Positions 47,660-57,931 are shown, counted from the first letter of the stretch. The stretch is DNA of 64,000 nt from a virus (IMGVR_UViG_3300050821_017626:32262-96261), one strand, 5' to 3'. Translations and numbers: made by a program. Notes: generated by a model from the letters alone, not told the origin.

Positions 47660-50600
47660 ATGGCCTTTGCCGAGTTAGTCTCACTGGCCCGCGTAGACCT
47701 GCGGGAATACGAAAAGGGCCTCAACGAGATGGTGCGTCGTTGGAAGGAGACCAACGAGCAGATAGCGCGGCAATCGGTCCAAATACGATCATTGGCAAGT
47801 GGAGGTACTGGCAGGTCTGGCTCCAGTGGACGAACTGTTGCTGATGAGGCCATTGCGGAAAGCAAAAGAGTTAAGCAGGCGCAGATTGCTGATGCGCAAA
47901 CAGTTATCAATTTTCAGAATGCCGAGACCAAGAATTTCTTGGAGAACGAGAAGAAGAAGGAAAAGGCTCGTTTAGATCGAGAAAAACTCCAGCGTCAGGC
48001 TGACGAAGCTGACGCCAAAACTGTCCTTTTCTTCCAAAACGAGAAGACCAAGAATTTCTTGGAGAACGAGAAGAAGAAGGAAAAGGCACTAAAAGAAACT
48101 CAAAAAGAGCAGGTCGAGGCTGCAGCACATCTATTTAGAGGGGCAACAACCCCCGGAGGAGTGGGTGGGAGCCGAGGCGCTTTTATTGAACCCGCCGCCC
48201 TGCGCGGTCTTGACGAAGCACAGCAAAAATGGCTGAAAGCACAGCAGGAGATTGCTAAATCAGATTCTCTTGTTAAGCAGTTTGGTTACAAGTTACATGA
48301 AATAGGTGGCAACGTTCTGGAGTCCATGGTCACTGGTTTCAAGCAAATTGCCGCCACCGTCGGAATTACCGCAGGCGCTGGGATTGTCGGAGGTGTTGCT
48401 CTTCTCACCCAAAAAGGCTTCGAACTCAATCGCCTCTGGGATGTCAACAAACTGGCCATTGCCGATGTCTTGAGCCTGACGACGAAGCTTACGGACACCC
48501 AAGGCCGCTCGGTATCCGCCACCAAGGAGATCAGTTACAACCTCGCGACCTCCGAGCACCTGATGAACCAACTGCGGGAAGCATCGTTCAAGACGCTCAT
48601 TCCTGCTGAGCAGTTGGAATCGATCTTCCGCCGTGTTACTGGAGCCGCCACCACGGGCGGTGTGGCTCTAGGCGGGCAGGTGGCGCTCGTCTCCAAGATC
48701 GCCAATCTTGCTGCGGCGTTGGGCGCAACCAACGAGACACAGATTGCCCAGGAAGAGTTGGGGCTGTTTACTGGGGTGAGGGTGAGGCAGACCCGCATCG
48801 GCCGGGCGCTTGGCATCAGCAATGAGGATATTCAGAAGGCGCAGCAAGCGGGAAAACTGCAAGAGTACCTGAATGCGCGACTGCGGGAGGGGGACAAGTA
48901 CGCGGAGAAGTTCGGCCAGACCTATCAGGCAGCCATCACCAACCTGATCAGCAAGTCTAACGAATTTATTCGTCTGGGAACGCACAACTCGGTTCAAAGC
49001 ATCACCGATGCCATTGTCAAACTGAACAACTATCTCACCGAGGATCGGATTAAGAAATGGGCGAAGTCCTTCTCGGAAGGGATTGACTACATTCGGGGAG
49101 CGCTCAGTGATTTTGGGAAAAGCGATGCGTTTGGCTACCTCAAGTTTTTGGCTAGTTCCGTTGCCAATGCGGGTAAGTTCTATGCTGAACCCCTCACTCG
49201 CGACATTCAATCCGCCAAAGCTGAAGCGGATATTGCCCGAAAAGTAGCCAACGAGACACCCGAGCAACGGCGGCTGCGCACAGCCATGGGTGAAGTGATG
49301 CGGCGGGGCACCGCCCTGAATCAGTTCCAGACGGCCGCAGCCGGTCAGGCATTCCATCGCGGCGAACAGTTGGGAGTGGGACGGGGTTTATCTCATCCCG
49401 AGTATACCGGAGATGAGTTGCGCCAGATTCGCACGCTTCAAAACGCGCTGGCTATTGCGACTAATGAGGAGAAGGCAGCCCAGGAAGCCCTCACCATTTC
49501 GCATATTCAGAATGAATTGAAGCGCGGCGGCGCCAGTCGGGACCGAATCATTCGCACCTCGAATGCAAATCAGGTGGCGAACGAGAAAGCGAAGAAGGCA
49601 GCCGAGAACGAGCGCCTCTTCATCGCCCGCGAGTACGCGAAGCTTCAGGATGACAAGATCCAGAAGATTCAGGAAGAAGCAGAAGCGGAAGTCCAGAATG
49701 TGCAGAAGCACGTCAAGGAAGAACAGAAACGGGTCGGGCTGATCCGAGCCATCTGGGAGCATGCCCACACCAGAGCCAAGGATATTTTGCAAGAGCAAGC
49801 CAAAACGGAGCGAGAGGTTATCCAGGATCGTCTCCAGGGGCTTCACAATGAATATCGAGAACGCGCCGACCTGATCAAAAGCGCGCAAACCCTGGAAAAG
49901 CAGACCGCGCATCAAATGATCGAGTTGCGCAAAGAGCGAGAGAAAGCAATCCGCGATGAGACGCGCGCCATTGAAGATCAGGCTGTTGCGGAGCGACGTT
50001 TGGGGGTTGCCGGAACGGAGTCTCACAACCTGGTTTTACAGCGGCGCATTACCGGGCTCCTTACTCGCAACATTGCCACCTCCCGGAGCACGAATGTTGC
50101 GACGGGAGAATCGACTAATTTTTCCAATGGGAGAAATAGTGTCTTAGATCAACTGTCTCGGATCTTTGCCCAGCAAGAGGGTCCCGCTAACTTCAACGCG
50201 CAGGGAGAGTTCATCCTGCCACAGACTCACCGGGAGGAGAGTGAGGATGCACTGCGGCGGGGGAAGGCACGGGCTGCCGTTACGGTTCAAGACATCGCGA
50301 AGCAATTCATTGCCGGCGGCGATGTTGGAGGCGTTGAAGGTCAGTTATCAAAACTGGGGATTGATTTAAGAAGCCCAGGCGGAGCCTCTTTGCTCAAATC
50401 GCTGCGGGGGATGAGAACGGATGTTCTGGAAAGCAAAGCAGCGGAGGGCGGAATCCAGGACACTCTGGCGGAGACTGCGGTCACTCGGGGGCGGGAGGAT
50501 GCTCGCCAGCGCGTTACCGATGCAGGTCAGCAGATCAACGAAGTCAACCAGAAGATTGTTGAACTACAGAAGAGTTATACTGACACGATCAAAGAATTGA

Positions 50601-50914
50601 ACGAAAAGTTCCGCAACGCTGTCCGAACCACGACTGAGAGCTTGATCAAAGCCAGCGAAGCGGCGCGCAAATTCTTTGAGGATCTCACGGGCGGGGTTCA
50701 CGTAGCAGCTCCCGACCGACGGTTCCTCCAGCAACTAACGAATGTGACCCCGCAGCGCGCGGCGGCTCTGGCTCGTCAGGAGTTCGCTCCGGCGCAGAAT
50801 GTTATCTTCGCTGCCGGCTCCATCAACATCTCGGGGGTCAAGGATCTGGATATGAACCATGTGGCCGACCAACTGCAGAAGGCGTTGAGGATGGCGACGC
50901 CGCCGCGCAGATGA
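47660..50914 (+). CDS. Tape measure protein
   Basis: 1084 aa, helical/coiled-coil, directly after the chaperone pair. Confidence 0.88.
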   Translation: MAFAELVSLARVDLREYEKGLNEMVRRWKETNEQIARQSVQIRSLASGGTGRSGSSGRTVADEAIAESKRVKQAQIADAQTVINFQNAETKNFLENEKKKEKARLDREKLQRQADEADAKTVLFFQNEKTKNFLENEKKKEKALKETQKEQVEAAAHLFRGATTPGGVGGSRGAFIEPAALRGLDEAQQKWLKAQQEIAKSDSLVKQFGYKLHEIGGNVLESMVTGFKQIAATVGITAGAGIVGGVALLTQKGFELNRLWDVNKLAIADVLSLTTKLTDTQGRSVSATKEISYNLATSEHLMNQLREASFKTLIPAEQLESIFRRVTGAATTGGVALGGQVALVSKIANLAAALGATNETQIAQEELGLFTGVRVRQTRIGRALGISNEDIQKAQQAGKLQEYLNARLREGDKYAEKFGQTYQAAITNLISKSNEFIRLGTHNSVQSITDAIVKLNNYLTEDRIKKWAKSFSEGIDYIRGALSDFGKSDAFGYLKFLASSVANAGKFYAEPLTRDIQSAKAEADIARKVANETPEQRRLRTAMGEVMRRGTALNQFQTAAAGQAFHRGEQLGVGRGLSHPEYTGDELRQIRTLQNALAIATNEEKAAQEALTISHIQNELKRGGASRDRIIRTSNANQVANEKAKKAAENERLFIAREYAKLQDDKIQKIQEEAEAEVQNVQKHVKEEQKRVGLIRAIWEHAHTRAKDILQEQAKTEREVIQDRLQGLHNEYRERADLIKSAQTLEKQTAHQMIELRKEREKAIRDETRAIEDQAVAERRLGVAGTESHNLVLQRRITGLLTRNIATSRSTNVATGESTNFSNGRNSVLDQLSRIFAQQEGPANFNAQGEFILPQTHREESEDALRRGKARAAVTVQDIAKQFIAGGDVGGVEGQLSKLGIDLRSPGGASLLKSLRGMRTDVLESKAAEGGIQDTLAETAVTRGREDARQRVTDAGQQINEVNQKIVELQKSYTDTIKELNEKFRNAVRTTTESLIKASEAARKFFEDLTGGVHVAAPDRRFLQQLTNVTPQRAAALARQEFAPAQNVIFAAGSINISGVKDLDMNHVADQLQKALRMATPPRR
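47925..48087 (+). repeat. 43-bp exact repeat with 120-bp period in the tape measure gene
   Basis: AGACCAAGAATTTCTTGGAGAACGAGAAGAAGAAGGAAAAGGC at 47925 and 48045. Confidence 0.9.
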
Positions 50915-50928
50915 TAGGGAGGTGAAAC

Positions 50929-51363
50929 ATGAGCGCTCCGCTCGGCCTGTCAGCAGTTAGTATCGCAGACTACCCTAGCCTGCTGAACAATGTTGTGCTC
51001 GACGTAGACCCTAACGTCTACAACCCTTTCGAGGTTCCTCTTCGTGGGTCCTCCACCAAGGTTCTCGACGGAACAGTCGTTCATCAACTGTTTGGGCTCA
51101 ATCCCTCCGACTGGACAATCCAACTCAGCGGCTACATCACGAGTTACCAGACCGTGCAGGCCCTTTGGACCAAGTATCGCCAGGGCGGCGGGGGCCAGAC
51201 GTTTCAGATGACGGACTGGGTTCCCAACAAGTTTCAAGTGATCTGGACGCCAGGGGTACAGGCGTTCAAACCGGTGCCGGTGATTGGGGATAATCAGGCG
51301 CATACCTATACGATGAGTTTGACGGTCATCAGTGTCATAGAATTCTTCGGCGGCGCCTATTAA
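50929..51363 (+). CDS. Putative distal tail (Dit-like) protein
   Basis: Immediately after the tape measure; 144 aa. Confidence 0.55.
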   Translation: MSAPLGLSAVSIADYPSLLNNVVLDVDPNVYNPFEVPLRGSSTKVLDGTVVHQLFGLNPSDWTIQLSGYITSYQTVQALWTKYRQGGGGQTFQMTDWVPNKFQVIWTPGVQAFKPVPVIGDNQAHTYTMSLTVISVIEFFGGAY

Positions 51364-51457
51364 GACGTTGGAAATGAGTTGCCACCGCACAATATGTTGG
51401 CTACAATACTTAAGAGCCGACATATTGAGACGCCCAAGTTAGGTTGGAGAAAGCTCA

Positions 51458-52333
51458 TTGAAGGATTTCTTTTGGGTAACAGGAGGCGGTTTGGGAGACT
51501 GTCTCCACGACTACCTCCATAATTCCGTTCCCACGCTATTCAAAACTCTCTGTGAAGATTACTTCGCCAAGATCAAAGTCATCGCCGTTTGCCACAACGA
51601 TGGGGTGGCTGATCTTTGGCGATATTCCCCCCACATCTACCAGGTTGAGATTGAGCCGTGGAAGCCACCCAACCGCGAGGATGAGTTCCGCTTCAATAAC
51701 CCAATCGGGACCTTCCTCCCGCTCAACAACCCGCAGTATCTTTACCGGGAGGTGGATGTCAACAGCGCGGTCAAAGTTCGGCCCGAGATTTATTTGAACC
51801 AGCAGGAGCGTTCTTATCTCCACGAACTGTGCGCTGTGCGACCCCTCATTGTTCTGCAGCCGTTCGCCGGCCTCTCGGATCGGGATGGATTTGATTCATC
51901 GGCGCTTAAGCGTCTGATTCATTGCTTGGCTGACCTGGAGCCCAACTGCAGGGTGTGTGTGGTCGGCAAGAATCACGAGCGGAACCATAAGTATACCCGC
52001 GAGGAGGTGGGCTTCTCCCATCCCAATCTCGTTGACCTGATTGACCGAACGGGCATTCGCTTCAACTATCACCTTGTCAAGAATTGCGATTCTTACGCAG
52101 GATCGCATAGTAACCTGATTCGCGTTGCTTGGGATCATCGAAAGCGGAATGCGTGCATCCTTCCCTGGCCTCTAATGGAGCGGCATCTGAACGAGATCGA
52201 TCCGAAGTATACCTATGGCTGGCGCTACCCGGAAAGCGCCAAATTCACTTTCCCTATGGCCGCTCCCGGCGCCGAGCGAGAGTTTGATAAGCTCGACTGC
52301 GAGGGACTGGCGCACTTTCTTTTAAACAAGTGA
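51458..52333 (+). CDS. GT-B glycosyltransferase (GT9-like)
   Basis: GGGLGD; IVLQPFA; DLIDRT...LVKNCD.Y.G. Confidence 0.7.
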   Translation: MKDFFWVTGGGLGDCLHDYLHNSVPTLFKTLCEDYFAKIKVIAVCHNDGVADLWRYSPHIYQVEIEPWKPPNREDEFRFNNPIGTFLPLNNPQYLYREVDVNSAVKVRPEIYLNQQERSYLHELCAVRPLIVLQPFAGLSDRDGFDSSALKRLIHCLADLEPNCRVCVVGKNHERNHKYTREEVGFSHPNLVDLIDRTGIRFNYHLVKNCDSYAGSHSNLIRVAWDHRKRNACILPWPLMERHLNEIDPKYTYGWRYPESAKFTFPMAAPGAEREFDKLDCEGLAHFLLNK

Positions 52334-53178
52334 TGATTCATCCTCCTGTCAGTTCTATTCATTGTAACGATACCACCGCAGATGGCACATCATCTTGGGT
52401 GAGCAACTTCATTCCCAAGATGCCTCCCAGAGTCGATCAACCTAACTGCCCCGCCTGCCTTGGCACTTGGACCTATACTTACCCAGGCAACGAGTTTGGG
52501 GGCTGCAACTCTTGCAAGACCATCTATGCGCTGGACCGGACCACCACGGCACAGTATGATAGTGAATACGTATCGTCACGTTACGATAAGTACCCCACCA
52601 CTCATAAGATGAGCGCGCTGCGCGAGGAGGTGCTTTACACAGTACTGCGGCTGCACGAGATCCTGCCGAGCGGCATAGCCCTTTTGAATACGGGGCCATT
52701 GTTGGATGTCGGCTATGGCAATGGAGATTTTATCCGGCACTGTTCTACCAAAGGATGGACAGTCTTTGGCAACGATGTGAATCCCACCGAATACAAAGGG
52801 GTCACGCGAGTTGAATTGCCCAATCAGCGATTCTGGCCGCGTCGCTATCGGGTAGTGACCTTCTTCGATGCATTGGAGCATTTCGAGAACTTGGAAGAGG
52901 CTCGGTGGGTTTCACATCACACGGATTGGATTCTGGTTTCTTTCCCGCAGGTTCCTAGCGACTTTCCTTACCAGAAAGACAAGTGGAAGCATTACCGCAA
53001 AGGGGAACATCACCTGTACTTCCAACCGAAGTCAATGGAGCACATCTTTACCCATGATGGGGTGAAGGCGGAGATTGCCTATTGTGGGAACCCGGAAGAT
53101 TCGATTCGAGGGACGCTCCCGGATGGCAAGCCGAATATCTGCACGGTGGCCCTGCGATGCTTTAAGGAGAAGAATTAG
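52330..53178 (+). CDS. Class I SAM-dependent methyltransferase with N-terminal Zn ribbon
   Basis: CPAC/CNSC; LLDVGYGNG; TFFDALEH; GEHHLYF. Confidence 0.88.
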   Translation: MMIHPPVSSIHCNDTTADGTSSWVSNFIPKMPPRVDQPNCPACLGTWTYTYPGNEFGGCNSCKTIYALDRTTTAQYDSEYVSSRYDKYPTTHKMSALREEVLYTVLRLHEILPSGIALLNTGPLLDVGYGNGDFIRHCSTKGWTVFGNDVNPTEYKGVTRVELPNQRFWPRRYRVVTFFDALEHFENLEEARWVSHHTDWILVSFPQVPSDFPYQKDKWKHYRKGEHHLYFQPKSMEHIFTHDGVKAEIAYCGNPEDSIRGTLPDGKPNICTVALRCFKEKN

Positions 53179-53816
53179 TGCTGCAAGAGGCGAAAATCTT
53201 TGACCCCAGTGACCGGTATCTGATTGATCGAAACATCATTGACGATATCGCTCTTCCTGTGGGAGATGTCTACGGCGACGATGTGTTCTCGGAATACTTA
53301 GCGGATTTCGCCGGCATCGCGAAGGTCTATAAACCGAAGCGCATCTTTGAGGTCGGGACACGATACGGGTACATCGGAATCTGCATGCTTTTAGGAGCCC
53401 ACAACAATCCTGGCTCCCCGAAACCGGAATATCTGGGAATTGACGATGAAAGCTATCATTTCGGCTCTTGCGACCGGGCTAACCAGAATTTTGCCAAGGT
53501 TGTTCCGTGGGCTAGTGCGAAGTGCATTAAGTTTAACTCTTTCTATGGTTTGCCAGAGGGCATTGGGACATTTGATGTCTGTCACGTTGATGGCAACCAC
53601 GACCAACACGGCGTGCTAAATGATGCCACGCGTTGTTGGCCTCTGCTCAATCGGGGTGGTCTCATGCTGTTTGACGATGCGACCGAGGGCGGGCCAGTCT
53701 ATCAGGGCATTATGGAGTTCCTGGTGCGGTTTGAGAATAGCCCCGAGGTGGTGGAGTTTCAGTATTACCCGCAGAACTTGAGACAGCATTTTTATCTTCG
53801 CAAGCAATCCGAGTAA
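53178..53816 (+). CDS. SAM-dependent methyltransferase (Methyltransf_24-like)
   Basis: FEVGTRYG; FDVCHVDGNH...D...L..GG..LFDD. Confidence 0.85.
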   Translation: MLQEAKIFDPSDRYLIDRNIIDDIALPVGDVYGDDVFSEYLADFAGIAKVYKPKRIFEVGTRYGYIGICMLLGAHNNPGSPKPEYLGIDDESYHFGSCDRANQNFAKVVPWASAKCIKFNSFYGLPEGIGTFDVCHVDGNHDQHGVLNDATRCWPLLNRGGLMLFDDATEGGPVYQGIMEFLVRFENSPEVVEFQYYPQNLRQHFYLRKQSE

Positions 53817-54811
53817 TGTTGGGCAAGAAGCCATATCGAGTCTGTGTCCTGAGGCAGCTTGGGGGCTGTGGGGACGCAATCATGCTAAGCCCGGTGTTTC
53901 GTGGTTTGAAGGAGAAATACGGGAAACACTGCCAAGTAACAGTTGCGACAACTTGGGCCTATGGGGCTGGCGCGCTTCCTGATCTATGGAGAAACAACGA
54001 ATTCGTGGACTCTATTACGCGTGTAGAACCGACGGAGTATGCCCCCGAAATGCTTCGCTCCAACCGATGGGAGTTCTCGTGCGTACCTAATGATTGGATT
54101 CCCGAGTGTGTTCGCAATTCTGATGAGACAATAGAACTGAATGTGATATGTTCGATAGTCGAAACAGCCGAGATGATGACGGCTGCCGGTGTTCAAACTC
54201 ACAGGACTGACATCTGGGCCAATCATGCCCAGGTCAACCCCTCCTCCAAGAAACCCATCCTGAACCTCACCAAAGACGAACTCGCCGAAGGCAAGGAGTG
54301 GTGCGACAAGAATCTTGGCGAAGGCAAGCGCGTAGGCGTTGTTCTGCGCACCATGGCCCCCGAGCGCAACTGGCCTTGGACTAGTGCGTTCACCCTGCAG
54401 TTGCATCGCCAGGGTTACAAGGTCGTGACTCTCGATACGATGAACAAAATCAATGATGAGATGCCGGCCGTTATCGGCAAGCGCATCCGTCCCGTAGCAG
54501 CCATCATCGCCCACCTTGACGCCGTGGTAACGCCGGATACGGGCCTGCTGCACGTCGCTGGCGCAGTTGGCACGCCGATCCTTGGCTTGTTCGGCTCAAC
54601 CCATGGCGGAGTGCGTATGACGCATTACGCAGGATCATACACTGCACCGGAGCGGATCGTCCCTTGTGCCCCGTGCTTCTACAAATACGGCTGTAAGCTT
54701 GACAAGAATCCGAAGAACCACCTTGCGTGCATGAAAAAGCTCAGTGTGCCCCTCATCGAACACGAGCTAGAGAAACTCCTCGACAAATACGGTGGCCAGC
54801 GAGCGGTATAA
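53816..54811 (+). CDS. Glycosyltransferase family 9 (heptosyltransferase-like)
   Basis: GGCGDAIM; RNWP; VVTPDTGLLHVAGAVGTP..GLFGST; CAPC. Confidence 0.92.
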   Translation: MLGKKPYRVCVLRQLGGCGDAIMLSPVFRGLKEKYGKHCQVTVATTWAYGAGALPDLWRNNEFVDSITRVEPTEYAPEMLRSNRWEFSCVPNDWIPECVRNSDETIELNVICSIVETAEMMTAAGVQTHRTDIWANHAQVNPSSKKPILNLTKDELAEGKEWCDKNLGEGKRVGVVLRTMAPERNWPWTSAFTLQLHRQGYKVVTLDTMNKINDEMPAVIGKRIRPVAAIIAHLDAVVTPDTGLLHVAGAVGTPILGLFGSTHGGVRMTHYAGSYTAPERIVPCAPCFYKYGCKLDKNPKNHLACMKKLSVPLIEHELEKLLDKYGGQRAV

Positions 54812-54820
54812 TAAATAGGG
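54793..54820 (+). promoter_or_regulatory. Late-type promoter TGGCCA-N8-TATAATAAATAGGG
   Basis: Shares the 17-mer with 25847-25863. Confidence 0.6.
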
Positions 54821-54832
54821 GACCTACCTTCG

Positions 54833-55204
54833 ATGAGCGCACAACTCCGCGTCCTCGCGGCTGATCAATCAACTATCATCACGAGCGCCAACCTTGGCAA
54901 CATTTTGACGCCGGGTAGTTCATCGAACGTCAAGTTCTACCTCCAGAATTTCGGCGACCAGACCTGCAACAATGTCACTGTAAGCATTGGCTCCATTGCC
55001 GCGAATGATGGCAGCCTTTACGCTTTCATTGCAGCCGATATCAGTGGAGCGCCTGATACCTTTGGGCCGGGGCCGCTGGTGGTAGGAAACGTGGGGGTAC
55101 TGGCCTCCGTGCCCTTCTGGTCGAAGGTGATCACGATGCAGGGGCTGGACCCGTCAAACAACCCGAGAAGGTACGCCCTGGTATGTCAGGGAACAAGCAC
55201 GTAG
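54833..55204 (+). CDS. Putative tail structural protein
   Basis: Beta-rich, 123 aa, in the tail-tip region. Confidence 0.6.
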   Translation: MSAQLRVLAADQSTIITSANLGNILTPGSSSNVKFYLQNFGDQTCNNVTVSIGSIAANDGSLYAFIAADISGAPDTFGPGPLVVGNVGVLASVPFWSKVITMQGLDPSNNPRRYALVCQGTST

Positions 55205-55222
55205 ATAGGGAGAACTTAGAGT

Positions 55223-55816
55223 ATGGCCGCAGGATTCGAGTGGTGTCAATCAACAGGCGCGGGCAATACTGTTTCCACGCTTGGCAGCTCGGGGAATTTG
55301 TTTAATTGGAAGTCAATAGACGACGCCACTGCAGCCGACTATAATTCTCATCCTATTACAGCCGGTCAAGACAGTTTCGAGGTATTTCTGCGCGCGCACA
55401 TGATCGGAACGTTTAACCGTGTAAGTGGCTTCAGGTTCTGGCTGTCGACTCCCTTCAGCCCCGCCACGGGCCTCCAGATCATGTTCACGGGGACGCAACA
55501 AATCTACTTGCAACCAGCCAGCGGGACTTCCTCGCTGGCCACCAGTTCTATCCCCACTGCCGATCCAGGCTCAACCAATGTGAGCATCGGAGGCAACCTT
55601 TCGGGCAGCCTCGTGGCCAGCGGCTACAGCGATTATATCGTAACCCAACTGCAGACGACAACTCTTGCTGCCGCTGGAGATACCAGTCTAAGCGTGATGA
55701 CATTAAGTTATGTCGAGAATCTCAGGTGCGCCGTACGAGGCCCAAGGCGGGCACACAGGAACATTCAACGATTGTATCACCGCGACAGTGAGGACGTTCG
55801 CAATGTCCGCTGGTGA
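55223..55816 (+). CDS. Tail structural protein; natural end probably ...TLSYVEN, extended by an insertion
   Basis: NWKSIDD...PITAG..SF...YIVTQLQTT..AAAGDT...TLSYVEN, followed by an abrupt compositional change. Confidence 0.75.
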   Translation: MAAGFEWCQSTGAGNTVSTLGSSGNLFNWKSIDDATAADYNSHPITAGQDSFEVFLRAHMIGTFNRVSGFRFWLSTPFSPATGLQIMFTGTQQIYLQPASGTSSLATSSIPTADPGSTNVSIGGNLSGSLVASGYSDYIVTQLQTTTLAAAGDTSLSVMTLSYVENLRCAVRGPRRAHRNIQRLYHRDSEDVRNVRW

Positions 55817-56100
55817 TTGGACGAATGGCTCAAACCCCATACAGGTGAGTCTGAATGAGCGCCCAGACACCAGCCAGGGCAGAGAGGCCCAGAACGACCC
55901 AGAGAAGCGGTAAGTGGCTCCGCTCTTCCGAGGCAACCTCTGTCTCCGGCTTCCTTCGCAACAGTGAAGCGACAATGACCAGTGCCCAGAAGGCGAACCA
56001 GGCGAGCGGCCCCAAGGGGCAAGCGATCACGGCCAGAATCAACCATACCAGTATCATTCCCATTAGCCTTTCTGCCGCTATTATCGGCAAGATCGACGCC
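55718..56100 (-). pseudogene. Foreign 383-bp fragment of a membrane-protein (flippase/LPG-synthase-TM-like) gene
   Basis: Antisense, no RBS, one apparent frameshift at the C-run 55835-55838; LPIIAAERL...VPVCPP..SYGAPE. Confidence 0.5.
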
Positions 56101-56115
56101 AACTAGAGAGGGTTC

Positions 56116-56820
56116 ATGCAATCAACCGTTAACCAAGCCTTCCTGCAGTCGGAGCGCCACTTTCAGACCGGGCTCTTCTGCTGCACCGTTACCAAGCAGA
56201 TGGATAAGTGTGTTCGCGTTAAACTCGGTGAACTCCCGCTTCCTGATGGGAAACTCGTAGAGATCCACGGCAACTTCAGCGAGACGGGTCTGCAAGCCCT
56301 GATGCAGGATCTGCAGTCGGCACCCGAGGCTTTGACGCTTCCCACCCCCGCACAAACGCGGGAAGGGAGTTCTTATCAGTGGGGCGTACGCTACCGCGAC
56401 GGCCAGCATCTGCAGCAGTATCCGGCCGAAGGGGGAGAAACACCGTTCTCGGCCGTGCATCTCCCGAATGTTTCCGAATTCTGGATCATCCCTCACTTCG
56501 ATCCTGATGGATTGCCCTGGTATGGCCTGATTGAAGGCCACGGGTTCGTTGTTGCAAAGCGATATCAACTCAATGAACCGCAACCGTTGACCCGATTCGG
56601 CGTCAATGGTGTGGAAGAACTGCTCCCGTTTCCTACTGACCCTTATGAGATCCAATACTATCGTAAAGTAACGCTGACGTTTGGCCAGTACTCAGCCGGT
56701 AAGGACAGCGATACGCACATAGTTCAGGTTTTGGGATGGAGGCTTGGAGAAGAAATTTTTACCATTTGTATCGAGGATAGTGGGGATTGGCAGGTTTGGG
56801 AGAATACTATTGGTACATAA
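56116..56820 (+). CDS. Hypothetical protein
   Basis: GAGGG RBS; 234 aa. Confidence 0.7.
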   Translation: MQSTVNQAFLQSERHFQTGLFCCTVTKQMDKCVRVKLGELPLPDGKLVEIHGNFSETGLQALMQDLQSAPEALTLPTPAQTREGSSYQWGVRYRDGQHLQQYPAEGGETPFSAVHLPNVSEFWIIPHFDPDGLPWYGLIEGHGFVVAKRYQLNEPQPLTRFGVNGVEELLPFPTDPYEIQYYRKVTLTFGQYSAGKDSDTHIVQVLGWRLGEEIFTICIEDSGDWQVWENTIGT

Positions 56821-56841
56821 CTTGCATTGACAGTGTTTGCT

Positions 56842-57897
56842 ATGGATGACAAGGAAGAAAAATTAAAGAAACGACGAGAGATACAAAAGAGGTATCGCGA
56901 TAATAACAAAGAGAAAGTTAGAGCTTCCAACAAGAAATACAGGGATAATAACAAAGAAAAGATAAACGCTTCTGCTAGAGAATACAGACGTAAAAACATA
57001 GAGAAAGTACGTTCTTATAACTATCAGTATGTCAAGCAATGGAAATTACTCAACCCTGACAAAGTTAAGGCGTCACGGATGCGAGAAAAGGAAGCCATTT
57101 CCAAAACTCCCGAGATCCTAAAACAAAGAAAACAAGATTATTATAAAAGGCACAGGGAAGAAATTCTTCTGAAGCAAAAACTTGCCAACGCTGGTAATGA
57201 ACGGCGCTCTCTAAATAGCCGAAAACAAAGATTGAAGATCGAATTTGGGTTATCTTTGTCGGATTACGAAGATTTACACGAATCACAAAATGGCGTATGT
57301 GCCATCTGTAGTCAACCAGAGACGGCAATGTATTATGGTGGAAAAAGTAAACTGGTAGCCAGCAGAGTTAAACAATTGGCGGTGGATCACGATCATGCGA
57401 CCGGAGCCGTACGGGGCCTACTTTGTTATAGATGTAATCGTGCTGTTGGATTGTTTCGCGACGACATCCAGTTGGTCATGCGAGCCCTAGAATACTTAAG
57501 CCGCACCTCTGGTGGTGTTTTAATTCCAGATGGGGTTAAAGTGTCACAGGAAACTAGAAATAGAATACTGCGCAACGTAGGTGAGAACTGGGCTTACAAT
57601 ATTAAGAAAAAATATAACATCACTGTCGATCAGTATCTAGGTTTGTATCAACTTCAAAACAGTGGATGTGGTATTTGCAACGTTCCAACATCAAACCACA
57701 AGAATAAAAGCGAAGGAGTGCTCGTTGTCGATCACAATCATTCCAGTGGCACGGTCAGAGGGCTCCTTTGTCGACTTTGTAACTTAGGTTTGGCTTTTTT
57801 TGACGACGAGATTCTAAAACTAGAAAAATGCCTTGAATATCTTAGAAGGTATAGAAAGCAGCAGAATGAAGTCGAGGATAGAGCCGAATCGCTCTGA
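56842..57897 (+). mobile_element. Endonuclease VII-family homing endonuclease with two EndoVII domains
   Basis: Q.G.CAIC...LAVDHDH.TG.VRGLLC..CN and CGIC...VVDHNH.SG.VRGLLC.LCN; AT-rich. Confidence 0.9.
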
Positions 57898-57931
57898 GGT
57901 GTTTATAACTATCCGAATTACTAAAAGGAAC

